From positions 1,548-65,547 of the forward strand of contig JBKEBT010000150.1 in assembly GCA_047973305.1 (NCBI GenBank): 64,000 nucleotides of DNA. Direction: 5' to 3'. The notes beneath the pieces were generated by a model. That model was not told the DNA's origin and did not search any database. It saw only the letters and a list, made by a program, of their open reading frames with translations. Numbering within the stretch: position 1 is the stretch's first letter; each line of letters starts with the position of its first letter. Positions 29,257-37,413 of this stretch are shown here, in pieces. The position numbers were made by a program, and so were the translations under genes. This DNA is from Pyrinomonadaceae bacterium (GTDB lineage Bacteria > Acidobacteriota > Blastocatellia > Pyrinomonadales > Pyrinomonadaceae).

Positions 29257-30120
29257 ATGAAATCGGTTGCGATAATCGGCATTGGCAGAATGGGAGGAAG
29301 TTTGGCTTATGCTTTGGATAAAAACGGCTTTACCGTAAGGCAATTTATTGCACATCACACCGAAGTTGCGCTTGAAGTGGCGCGGAATTTGAAGAACAAG
29401 CCGCAAGTTCTCGAGAGCGAACAACTTGATGAGGTTGATGCGGATGTAGTTTTAATAGCGACAGGCGACGATAAAATTGCGGAAATTGCGAAAAGTCTTC
29501 CCAAAACACAACATCAAACCGTGCTTTTGCATTTAAGCGGATCGCGATCTTCTTCCGTGCTTTCGCCCGCAAAAAGCTCCGGATATTTGATTGGTTCGGT
29601 ACATCCGCTAGTTTCTTTAAGCGATGCGGTCTCCGGCGCCGAACGTTTTGCGGGTGCATACTTTTGCCTTGAGGGCGAACCGGAAGCGGTCAAATTTGGT
29701 ACAGAATTTGTTGAAGCGCTCGGCGGAAAATCTTTTACGATTTCTTCTGATGCAAAACCGCTTTATCATGCGGCTGCCGTAACTTCAAGCGGTAACTTGG
29801 TCGCCTTGATTGATTTCGCTTATGAGATGCTTCGTGAATGTGGGTTAGATGTGGAAACAGCCAAACAAATTCTGTTACCATTGGTTTTCAGCACGATAGA
29901 AAATCTAAAAACACGCTCGACGGCGGCAGCGCTAACCGGACCTTTTGCTCGCGGCGATGTGGAAACCGTTGAAGCCCATATCAATGCGATTGGTGAAAAA
30001 TGCGCGCCGGATGTGAAGGAAATTTATCTAAAACTTGCTATTCGTTCAGTTAAACTGGCGATGGAAAGTGGGCTTTCGCGCGACCGCGCGAAGATGATTT
30101 TAGAATTATTAAACCGTTGA
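29257..30120 (+). CDS. Rossmann-fold NAD(P)-binding protein (DUF2520/ProC-like)
   Basis: N-terminal dinucleotide-binding motif VAIIGIGRMGGSLAYAL. The 287-aa length and C-terminal helical domain fit DUF2520-type proteins. Confidence 0.6.
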   Translation: MKSVAIIGIGRMGGSLAYALDKNGFTVRQFIAHHTEVALEVARNLKNKPQVLESEQLDEVDADVVLIATGDDKIAEIAKSLPKTQHQTVLLHLSGSRSSSVLSPAKSSGYLIGSVHPLVSLSDAVSGAERFAGAYFCLEGEPEAVKFGTEFVEALGGKSFTISSDAKPLYHAAAVTSSGNLVALIDFAYEMLRECGLDVETAKQILLPLVFSTIENLKTRSTAAALTGPFARGDVETVEAHINAIGEKCAPDVKEIYLKLAIRSVKLAMESGLSRDRAKMILELLNR

Positions 30121-30218
30121 ACGCACACACCTATTTGCGAACTTTTTTACGAATATCAAAAGACTTCGTACTGACTAAACCTACAACAAACTTACTTTTT
30201 GCTGCATCGAATGCTAGA

Positions 30219-30755
30219 ATGAATCTTGAAATTATGGCGTCAAAGAATAATAAATTTCAACGCGAACGCGAGCTGTTTTATGAGCATATTCAAGATGCGG
30301 GGTTACGCAGAACCTCTCAGCGAGATTTGATTTTGGATGTATTTTTGGCTACCGATGATCACGTTTCAAGCGAAGATTTATACATGCTTGTACACAGCAA
30401 GGATGAAAGTGTAGGGCACACGACCGTGTATCGAACTTTGAAACTTTTGACAGAAGCGGGGCTTGCCAGGCAGGTGCGTTTGGGCGACGGAAGAACTTAT
30501 TACGAGCTAGATCATGATCACGAACATCACGATCATATGATTTGTACGGAATGCGGAGCCGTAATCGAATTTTTTTCTGCGGAAATTGAAGCGTTGCAAG
30601 ATGCGATGGCGAATAAGTTTAGGTTCAAGCCCACGTATCACTCGCTTCGAATTTTGGGAATTTGCGAAGCTTGCGATCTTGGCACAAAAAACATTGGTGA
30701 AAAGAAAGAAGTAGGTACACAGAAGCGAGTTCGTGTAAAAAGTGTTGTTGGTTGA
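30219..30755 (+). CDS. Fur-family metalloregulator
   Basis: Motifs RRTSQRDLILDVF, GHTTVYRTLKLL, HHDHMICTECG and CEAC. The track starts at a TTG at 30117; the ATG at 30219 or 30234 is more plausible for a protein of about 175 aa. Confidence 0.85.
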   Translation: MNLEIMASKNNKFQRERELFYEHIQDAGLRRTSQRDLILDVFLATDDHVSSEDLYMLVHSKDESVGHTTVYRTLKLLTEAGLARQVRLGDGRTYYELDHDHEHHDHMICTECGAVIEFFSAEIEALQDAMANKFRFKPTYHSLRILGICEACDLGTKNIGEKKEVGTQKRVRVKSVVG

Positions 30756-30757
30756 AA

Positions 30758-31537
30758 ATGGGCGAAGTTTATATTGATTTTGGTAGTGAGGGGCACGCTG
30801 CAACGGTAGCTACGGGAACGTATTTGCTGGATGCGGCTAGACGGGTTGGGATAAAGGTTGCGTGCGATGATGACAACATAGTTGACGAAGCATACAAAGA
30901 CAAAAAGCATTTCTGCGTTGTAATTGTAAGCGAGGGCGTCGAACTTTTATCTGAGCCTACGAAACTTGAAAAAGAACAATTGGGCGACACCGGCTTGAAA
31001 AAGGGAAATCGCTTGGCATGTCAAGCAAGGGTTGAAAAAAGCGGGGAAATAAGCGTTATGTTTGAAAAGAAAAAAACGCAGGGTGATAAGACGAAAAAAG
31101 AAGAAAAATTGGGGGAAGAATATCGAGCCGATTTTGAAGAAATGCCGCTTAGCGAAAAATACTCGTCGCTTTTGGATCTTGAATTGATTGCATTGCGTGA
31201 CACAATTGAATTTGTCGTAAATTCGCCTTACGAAGTCGCCGGAAAGGTTGTGGAGGTTCTTGCAGGTTTTGGAATGAAAATAGATAAGAAAGAACGAGAG
31301 GCTAAAGTGCCGGCAGAACACGCCGCAGGCAAAGGTAAGGCGGGTGGAGAACAAGCGAAAGTGGAAAACGCGCCCGAAGTATCGAAAGTTACTCGTGCAA
31401 AAAGTAAAAAGAAAGAAACTTCCGAAAGCAATAAAACCAAAAAGACAGGGGAAAAATTCGGAACAAAAAAGACTTCGTCAAAATCATCTTCAGAAAAAAC
31501 TGAGACAACGGATAAAGAACAAAAAAGCAAGGAGTAA
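30758..31537 (+). CDS. Ferredoxin-fold (2Fe-2S-like) domain protein with a long Lys/Glu-rich tail
   Basis: The N-terminal roughly 100 aa have the beta-grasp ferredoxin pattern ending in RLACQARV, but contain only 3 Cys. The C-terminal roughly 150 aa are low-complexity K/E/S/T-rich. The ATG lies 2 nt after the Fur-family stop. Confidence 0.55.
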   Translation: MGEVYIDFGSEGHAATVATGTYLLDAARRVGIKVACDDDNIVDEAYKDKKHFCVVIVSEGVELLSEPTKLEKEQLGDTGLKKGNRLACQARVEKSGEISVMFEKKKTQGDKTKKEEKLGEEYRADFEEMPLSEKYSSLLDLELIALRDTIEFVVNSPYEVAGKVVEVLAGFGMKIDKKEREAKVPAEHAAGKGKAGGEQAKVENAPEVSKVTRAKSKKKETSESNKTKKTGEKFGTKKTSSKSSSEKTETTDKEQKSKE

Positions 31538-31564
31538 TTTAAGCGTAAGTCCGCTTTTGCCAAC

Positions 31565-32401
31565 GTGTCTGAAAAATTACAACCAACAAATAAAACCGTT
31601 AGAAAAGAACGCGTTCAATACGGAGCAACTTTTGCACTTATTGCGATGATGCTTTATGTTGTGGGATTTCCGTTGATGGTAATTTTCTTCTTCGGCATAT
31701 TTGCATACTTTATTTGGCTAACATTTTCATCACCGAATTACGACAACTCAGCGAATATTTTCGATTTTTATATCTCGGCAAACTCGATATTGCGTGATGG
31801 AAATAGGAAGTTTTTTGGGTTTGAAGTTGTTGAAGCAATTGAACACGGCGAGCGGATTATATTTGAAATGCACGGTGCACCGCCGCTAGTTTATTTTGCA
31901 CTAGGTGCGTTAAACGAACGTGCGCAAAGATATGATCAAGCCGCGCGTATGCTTTCATACGTAGTTGAAGATGAGCATTCGGATGAATCTGCGTATTTGC
32001 ACCCTTCATCAGAACTTAGAACCTATGTCAGCATTCTCAGAAAAATCGAACAAAATCCCGAAGATGCACCGCTTACATCTGCAGCAATTCGTTCGCTGGA
32101 ACGGATGCGAAAACGGGAAGCGGCAGAACTTTTGCGAACAAGCCGCGCGCGTCTTGAGGCAAACGCAAATTATATGCAAGAACCGGCACTTCCGGAAAAT
32201 AATTCCGTTATTGAACGCGTAAGTTTGCAGGAAAACTCGGTGTTTGAATCGGAGGCTACGCTTTTTGGGAAACAAAAGCGAACCGAATCAGACAGGCGGG
32301 AAATTCACGATAAAAAGGATTTGGAATTTGACGAAAGACACGAGCATCGTAAGCCGATTTCAGAAGTTTTAAGAGATATTTACGATAAAAATATTCAATA
32401 A
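31565..32401 (+). CDS. Hypothetical membrane protein
   Basis: GTG-start ORF of 278 aa with two N-terminal TM helices and a helical cytoplasmic part. I recognised no family. Confidence 0.5.
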   Translation: MSEKLQPTNKTVRKERVQYGATFALIAMMLYVVGFPLMVIFFFGIFAYFIWLTFSSPNYDNSANIFDFYISANSILRDGNRKFFGFEVVEAIEHGERIIFEMHGAPPLVYFALGALNERAQRYDQAARMLSYVVEDEHSDESAYLHPSSELRTYVSILRKIEQNPEDAPLTSAAIRSLERMRKREAAELLRTSRARLEANANYMQEPALPENNSVIERVSLQENSVFESEATLFGKQKRTESDRREIHDKKDLEFDERHEHRKPISEVLRDIYDKNIQ

Positions 32402-32403
32402 AG

Positions 32404-33654
32404 ATGCCTACGGCTGAGATAATCGCAATTGGTTCGGAGTTGCTTACTCCCACAAAGACAGACACAAATAGTCTTTGGCTAACGGAACGCCTGAACGAAA
32501 TCGGCGTGGAAGTTCGGCTAAAAACCGTGGTTGGCGATGATGAAGCGCGTCTAGAGGAAGCGATTCGCGATGCCGTAAAACGCAGCGATGTTGTAATCAC
32601 CACCGGCGGGCTGGGACCGACAGAAGACGACATCACAAGAAAAATAGTGGCGCGCGCGCTTGACCGAAATCTTGTGTTGTCTAATAAAATTCTTGAAGAT
32701 CTGGAGAATAAGTTCAAAACATTTGGTTATGAAATGCCTTCACGAAACCGTTCGCAAGCCTATTTGATTGAAGATGCGGAAGTTTTGCCAAACCCGAACG
32801 GGACAGCAATCGGTATGTTTATTAAAACCGCGGGTTTCACTTTAATTGTGCTTCCGGGTCCGCCGCGTGAAAATCAGCCGATGTTTTCTGATTTTGCACT
32901 TCCTCATCTGACGGAAAAAGCCGGCGAAATAAGTGTTAGGCGTAAAATTCTTCGCGTTGTTGGTTTGGGCGAATCTCTTTTAGACGAAAAAGTTGCGCCG
33001 CTTTACACCAAATACCAAAATCCACAAACTTCGATTTTGTTTAATAAAACCGAAGTCGAAATTCAATTGACGGCTTCAGCTAAAAACGCTGAAAAAGCTG
33101 ATGAATTAAACGAAAAGCTTGCAAACGAAATTTTAGAAGTTATCGGCGAGAATGTCTTTTCAACCGATGGAAGGCAGATGGAAGAAGTTGTTGCTGATTT
33201 GTTGGTTCGCGGTAAATTGACGCTTTCAACAGCGGAAAGCTGCACCGGTGGCTTGATTGCTATGCGTTTGACCGATGTACCCGGTTCTTCTGCATATTTT
33301 GTTGAAGGCGAAGTTTCCTACGCGAACGCGGCAAAAACTCGTTCGCTGGGTGTTGCAAAGAATTTAATCGAAACCCATGGCGCGGTTAGTTCAGAAGTAG
33401 CGGAAGCAATGGCAACGGGTATTCGAAATTGCGCCGAAACCGATTTTGCTGTTTCAACAACAGGTATTGCTGGACCTACCGGCGGAACCGTTGAAAAGCC
33501 GGTTGGAACGGTTTATATCGCGATTGCTACGGCAAGCGGTGTATATTCAAAGAAATTTGTCTTTCCCGGCGATAGATATTTAATTCGATGGCGTGCAAGT
33601 CAAGCCGCGCTTGAGCTTTTAAGAAGAGAAGTTCTGAAAAATGGAAGAAAATAA
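32404..33654 (+). CDS. cinA: CinA family protein (MoCF-binding domain plus nicotinamide-nucleotide amidohydrolase PncC domain)
   Basis: N-terminal AEIIAIGSELLTPTKTDTNSLWL and VITTGGLGPTEDDIT; C-terminal LSTAESCTGGLIA and TGIAGPTGG. Confidence 0.9.
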   Translation: MPTAEIIAIGSELLTPTKTDTNSLWLTERLNEIGVEVRLKTVVGDDEARLEEAIRDAVKRSDVVITTGGLGPTEDDITRKIVARALDRNLVLSNKILEDLENKFKTFGYEMPSRNRSQAYLIEDAEVLPNPNGTAIGMFIKTAGFTLIVLPGPPRENQPMFSDFALPHLTEKAGEISVRRKILRVVGLGESLLDEKVAPLYTKYQNPQTSILFNKTEVEIQLTASAKNAEKADELNEKLANEILEVIGENVFSTDGRQMEEVVADLLVRGKLTLSTAESCTGGLIAMRLTDVPGSSAYFVEGEVSYANAAKTRSLGVAKNLIETHGAVSSEVAEAMATGIRNCAETDFAVSTTGIAGPTGGTVEKPVGTVYIAIATASGVYSKKFVFPGDRYLIRWRASQAALELLRREVLKNGRK

Positions 33655-34039
33655 AAAACCAAACATCAATGCTCCGGCAACTGCCTTGCTTACGGCGGGA
33701 ATTCTGAATTGTGTGCTTGGTGTATTTGCTATAATTTCCGGCTTACTGCGCATATTTGTTTACGGAATTATGTTGCCGCAGGATAAAGCGCAAAGGAGTG
33801 TCTTTTTGGTGGTAACCGCGCTGTTTTATTTCTTGGGACTTTTCGGCGTAATTGTCGCACCATTTGTAATCAAGGGTGCTATGAATATGAAGAAGCATGT
33901 GCATTTAAAGCGGGCACGGCTTGCGGCAGTGTTGGTAATTGTTCCGCTAAGTTGTTTATTTATAATCACTTCACCGATTGGCATTTGGGCGTTTCTGACA
34001 CTTAACCGAAAAGATGTAAAGAATTTGTTTGTGTCTTAG
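33641..34039 (+). CDS. Small membrane protein
   Basis: 132-aa ORF with four predicted hydrophobic helices. It overlaps the cinA 3' end by 14 nt. Confidence 0.5.
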   Translation: MEENKKPNINAPATALLTAGILNCVLGVFAIISGLLRIFVYGIMLPQDKAQRSVFLVVTALFYFLGLFGVIVAPFVIKGAMNMKKHVHLKRARLAAVLVIVPLSCLFIITSPIGIWAFLTLNRKDVKNLFVS

Positions 34040-34097
34040 GCTTTTTGCAAATTGAAATGCCTCTTGCGTCCAACCAGTGACATCCGGTCAATTGAAG

Positions 34098-35465
34098 ATG
34101 AAAAATCTGTATGTAACAACGCATAAGCTACTCTGCATAACAATTGTTTCGATTGTTTATTCATTTGCCATAAATGCGCAAGCTAAACTTGATATTACAA
34201 ATACCCCTGATTCGCGCGTGCTTCAAGTGAGCCGCAAGGAGTTTATAAAGAGCGACAATATAGAAATTGATATAAATTATCCGAAGATTGCCTCAAACAA
34301 TTCCGCCTTTAACCAAACGGTTTCAAACTTAGTTGATGAACGCCTAAAGACATTTCTTGAATACAAATACAAAATGGATGATGTCGCGCGAAAGCAAAGT
34401 GCAACGCAAAAGTGGTTTATTTCAGTTGATTATGACATTTCGTATATTGATAACGATGTGATCAGCGTAGGTTTTTCCGAACGCAGCTATGCCGGTGGCA
34501 CACACCCAAATACCAACACTTTCTCTGTAAATTTTGCGTTTGGCATAAATCATGAGCTTCAATTAAATGATTTATTTAAGGCGAATTCTGATTTTGTTTC
34601 GATAATTTCAAAAGAGAGCATCAACCAAATAAAAACGGCGTTGGGAAAAGATGCCGATGATGATTGGATTGAGCGCGGCGCGGGTCCGAATATCAAAAAT
34701 TTTTCATCGTGGACGTTTTCAAAAGATGGCTTACGTTTTGTTTTTGATAATTATCGCGTAGCACCGTATGCAATGGGACATTTTGAAAGTGAAGTTCCAT
34801 ATGGTGAATTTTCGTCCGAAATTCGCTCAGACAAATTTAAGTTCGAAGAATTGGGGTTTGATAACACGGGAAATCCATATTTTTGGTGTCGAGGGGGTCA
34901 TTTTCCCGGTTATACGGAAAATTTTCTCTCCGCGAAAGCAGCTGCTGCGCGAGCTCACTTTTTCAGTGATTCTGATTTTAATCCCTATAAAAACAATGCT
35001 CCGATGAAGAATTTCATTGTGAAAGGTGATGAAGTATTGATTGGTAAAACGTTGGGGAATTATTCATGCGTTTTGTTTCCGTCATCAACCAAAAGAAATT
35101 ACACAGGGTGGGTGGAAACGAATGAATTAGAAATCAATCGAAACGAAAAACTGCCCGCATCCTCAGATTGGTTAGGAAAATGGGTGTATTCCGACAAAGA
35201 CCTAAATATAAGCGCAACCGGTAAAGCGGATAAATTCACCGTCAACGGAAATGCAATTTGGATTCGTTCAGCCGAACTCGGTGCCGTTAATACGGGCTTG
35301 CTTGAAAATGAACAGGCGGTTCGCAAAGGAAACAAACTTGTCATTGAAACCGAAGATGATTGCAAAATAGAGATGTTTCGAGTTGGAAAATATTTGATTG
35401 CGCGTGACAATTTAAATTGCGGTGGAATGAACGTAACGTTTACCGGCGTTTACACAAAAAAATAA
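34098..35465 (+). CDS. DUF4163/DUF3298 (RsiV/PdaC-like) domain protein with a C-terminal extension
   Basis: The segments YPKIASNNSAFNQTVSNLV...ISVDYDISYIDNDVISVGFSERSYAGGTHPNTNTFSVNF and VAPYAMGHFESEVPY are typical of the family. I chose the ATG at 34098; the track starts at a GTG at 34077. Confidence 0.65.
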   Translation: MKNLYVTTHKLLCITIVSIVYSFAINAQAKLDITNTPDSRVLQVSRKEFIKSDNIEIDINYPKIASNNSAFNQTVSNLVDERLKTFLEYKYKMDDVARKQSATQKWFISVDYDISYIDNDVISVGFSERSYAGGTHPNTNTFSVNFAFGINHELQLNDLFKANSDFVSIISKESINQIKTALGKDADDDWIERGAGPNIKNFSSWTFSKDGLRFVFDNYRVAPYAMGHFESEVPYGEFSSEIRSDKFKFEELGFDNTGNPYFWCRGGHFPGYTENFLSAKAAAARAHFFSDSDFNPYKNNAPMKNFIVKGDEVLIGKTLGNYSCVLFPSSTKRNYTGWVETNELEINRNEKLPASSDWLGKWVYSDKDLNISATGKADKFTVNGNAIWIRSAELGAVNTGLLENEQAVRKGNKLVIETEDDCKIEMFRVGKYLIARDNLNCGGMNVTFTGVYTKK

Positions 35466-35541
35466 CGGCACTTCATCTTAGCAGTTTAGTGCGAACGCTG
35501 ATTATGATTGGGTTGAGCATGGAAGAAATATGGTGCCAAAA

Positions 35542-35561
35542 TAAGCGCAATAAGCGCTTTT
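35542..35561 (+). terminator. Possible terminator downstream of the DUF3298-like gene
   Basis: Stem AAGCGC / GCGCTT with loop AATAA, followed by TTTGTTTG. Confidence 0.45.
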
Positions 35562-35745
35562 TGTTTGTGCAAATCTCAAATACGATTTCGTTCAAACGAG
35601 CTTGGTTTTACAACGAGTTGAATGCAGATGTAAATCGAAAGCATTGTAAACGTGGAAGTAGTTCAACGGGAAATTCTTCTATTAATAACCGCCGTTTTGC
35701 AGCATGCGGAAATTGTTGCGTGAGTTAATTTGTTCGCGAATTAGC

Positions 35746-36510
35746 CTATTTGGATAGATCTTTTGAGATTTTGTCAGCAGTTTTCACAACTAGATCAGTC
35801 ATTTCAGAAAACGTTTCTTTGGTAATTTGTTTTTTGTATCCAGCAACACTGATCGCGGCTACAACTCTGCCGGTTTGATCTGTTATTGGCGCACCAATAC
35901 AACGCGAGCCAATTGTTTCTTCTTCGTCGTCGAGCGCATAACCTTGAGTGCGCACAAGACGCAATTCGTCTTTTAGCTTTTTAGCTGAAACTATTGTGTT
36001 TTCATTATAGCGGGGAAGTCCGTATGTTAATATTCTATCAACAACTTCTTCTTCCCAATCACTCATAACCGCTTTGCCCACTGCAGTGCAGTGAATTCCC
36101 ATACGCATTCCAACCCAAGTTTTAACTTTTGGTGTGTATGGCGATTCAAGTTTTTCGATTATCACAACTTCGTTGCGTTCTTGCATCGCTAAATGAACGG
36201 TTAGATTGCACATTCGCAACAGAACCTTTAGGTGGGGCGACGCTATTTTGCGGATATTTAATCCACTCATTGCGCGATTTGCAAGCGTAAATATTTTCAT
36301 CCCGAACATATATCGTCCGGTTGCTTCGTTTCTATGCAAATAGCCAAGCCGTTCAAGGGTTAACAGTAATCCGAATGTTGAACTTTTTGGAAGCGAAAGG
36401 TTTCGGGTTAATTCTGAAAGGCTCAATCCGCTTTGCGATTTTGCAAGCTCTTCCATAATCAACATCGCTTTTTCGATTGCGGGAACCGATTTGGTTTTTG
36501 AATCTGACAT
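35746..36510 (-). CDS. IclR-family transcriptional regulator
   Basis: N-terminal winged HTH (AIEKAMLIMEELAKSQSGLSLSELTRNLSLPKSSTFGLLLTLERLGYL) and a C-terminal IclR effector domain. It is divergent from the rfaH-like gene. I chose the ATG at 36510; the track starts at a TTG at 36525. Confidence 0.85.
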   Translation of the reverse strand: MSDSKTKSVPAIEKAMLIMEELAKSQSGLSLSELTRNLSLPKSSTFGLLLTLERLGYLHRNEATGRYMFGMKIFTLANRAMSGLNIRKIASPHLKVLLRMCNLTVHLAMQERNEVVIIEKLESPYTPKVKTWVGMRMGIHCTAVGKAVMSDWEEEVVDRILTYGLPRYNENTIVSAKKLKDELRLVRTQGYALDDEEETIGSRCIGAPITDQTGRVVAAISVAGYKKQITKETFSEMTDLVVKTADKISKDLSK

Positions 36511-36618
36511 AATTAATCTAAACAACAGATTATTCTTGCTTTTGTTTAACAGTTTAAACTATTACCTGTCAATAGTCGCCAAAAATCTACCTAAGTACAA
36601 GACTAAACCAAATACGCA

Positions 36619-36652
36619 GTTCAGCCGGCTGAACAATAAAGAGCAATTGCTC
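36619..36652. promoter_or_regulatory. Two perfect palindromes in the IclR/rfaH-like divergent region (candidate operators)
   Basis: GTTCAGCCGGCTGAAC (36619..36634) is a 16-bp perfect palindrome and GAGCAATTGCTC (36641..36652) is a 12-bp perfect palindrome. A related GTTCAACGGGCTGAAC occurs at 43193..43208. Confidence 0.5.
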
Positions 36653-36724
36653 AAAAAAACGGTTTCATTGAACTCCTGTGCAAATTATACTTACGCAACT
36701 AGAAAATCGTTAAAAACATAATTT

Positions 36725-37234
36725 ATGGAAATTAATGCGGACTTGAATTGGTATGCTATTCGAACCAAATCGAATCAAGAACGAATAGCTGAGCTAAATT
36801 TGAATCGGATGGGCTTGGAAGTTTTTAACCCAGAGCTTAAATCAGAAAAAGAAGTTTTCGGCGTTACAAAAACCGTATTGAGTCCCTTATTCCCAAACTA
36901 CTTATTTGCAAAGTTCAACCCTTCAAAGTATCTACACTTAATTCAATATGCACGCGGAGTTCGGCAGGTATTGCGAACAGGAATAGCATTGTTGCCGGTT
37001 GAAGAACAGATTATAAAGGAAATTAGGCGTCGGCTTGTTTCCGGCGAATATGTTCAAGCTGAAAAACTATCAAGTGGCAGCTCTGTCGCAATAAAACAGG
37101 GCGCATTTAACGGGTTAAACGCAATCTTTGATCGCGAAACTAGCGATCGCAAACGGGTTGTGCTGCTGTTGGATATCATGGGTGTAAATGCAGAAGTAAT
37201 TCTGGATAAACGCGCGGTAAAAACCGCGGTCTAA
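36725..37234 (+). CDS. rfaH: RfaH-type specialised NusG paralog (NGN plus KOW)
   Basis: The 169-aa protein aligns by eye along its full length with E. coli RfaH as I recall it. Matching segments are NWYAIRTKSNQERIAELNLNR, SPLFPNYLFAKFNP (the RfaH signature, where NusG has FFPGYVLV), ARGVRQVLRTG, and the KOW segment VAIKQGAFNGLNAIFDRETSDRKRVVLLLDIMG. Confidence 0.75.
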   Translation: MEINADLNWYAIRTKSNQERIAELNLNRMGLEVFNPELKSEKEVFGVTKTVLSPLFPNYLFAKFNPSKYLHLIQYARGVRQVLRTGIALLPVEEQIIKEIRRRLVSGEYVQAEKLSSGSSVAIKQGAFNGLNAIFDRETSDRKRVVLLLDIMGVNAEVILDKRAVKTAV

Positions 37235-37268
37235 AAGTTCTCGCACAAAAATCAAAAGAGTTTTAATC

Positions 37269-37313
37269 GGAAAAGTTCGCCGAAATGGCGGTAGTCTGTC
37301 ATTCAATCGAATC
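37269..37313 (+). promoter_or_regulatory. ops-like element (GGCGGTAGTCTG, 37287..37298) inside a 45-nt conserved leader block, copy A
   Basis: The + strand reads GGAAAA-N6-CGAAATGGCGGTAGtctGTcATTcaatCGAATC. The core matches the ops consensus GGCGGTAGnnTG. The same block, with identical spacing, is at 43397..43441. Confidence 0.65.
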
Positions 37314-37413
37314 CAAAATTATTACGAACAAGTTTGTGCTTTCAGCTTGGTTTTAGTTCGTGCGTAAAATAAAATGAATTATCAAACTTCCATAAAATAT
37401 TCTACAAAAATAG

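Noticed and set aside
31050-31540. Possible DNA-level tandem repeat or mini-satellite in the A/G-rich stretch.
   Set aside because: I could not define a repeating unit of constant period. The bias is explained by Lys/Glu/Ser-rich low-complexity coding sequence in the ferredoxin-fold protein tail.
35417-35728. 103-aa plus-strand ORF in the convergent gap between the DUF3298-like gene and the IclR gene.
   Set aside because: It starts inside the preceding gene, spans a terminator-like hairpin (35542..35561), and has an odd Arg/Asn/Cys-rich composition with no motif. It is probably non-coding.
37285-37302. Reading ATGGCGGTAGTCTGTCA as a sigma54 (-24 TGGCAC / -12 TTGC) promoter.
   Set aside because: Only TGGC fits. 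The -12 GC dinucleotide is absent in both copies (TGTC in one, CGTA in the other). The 12-nt ops consensus explains the conserved core much better.
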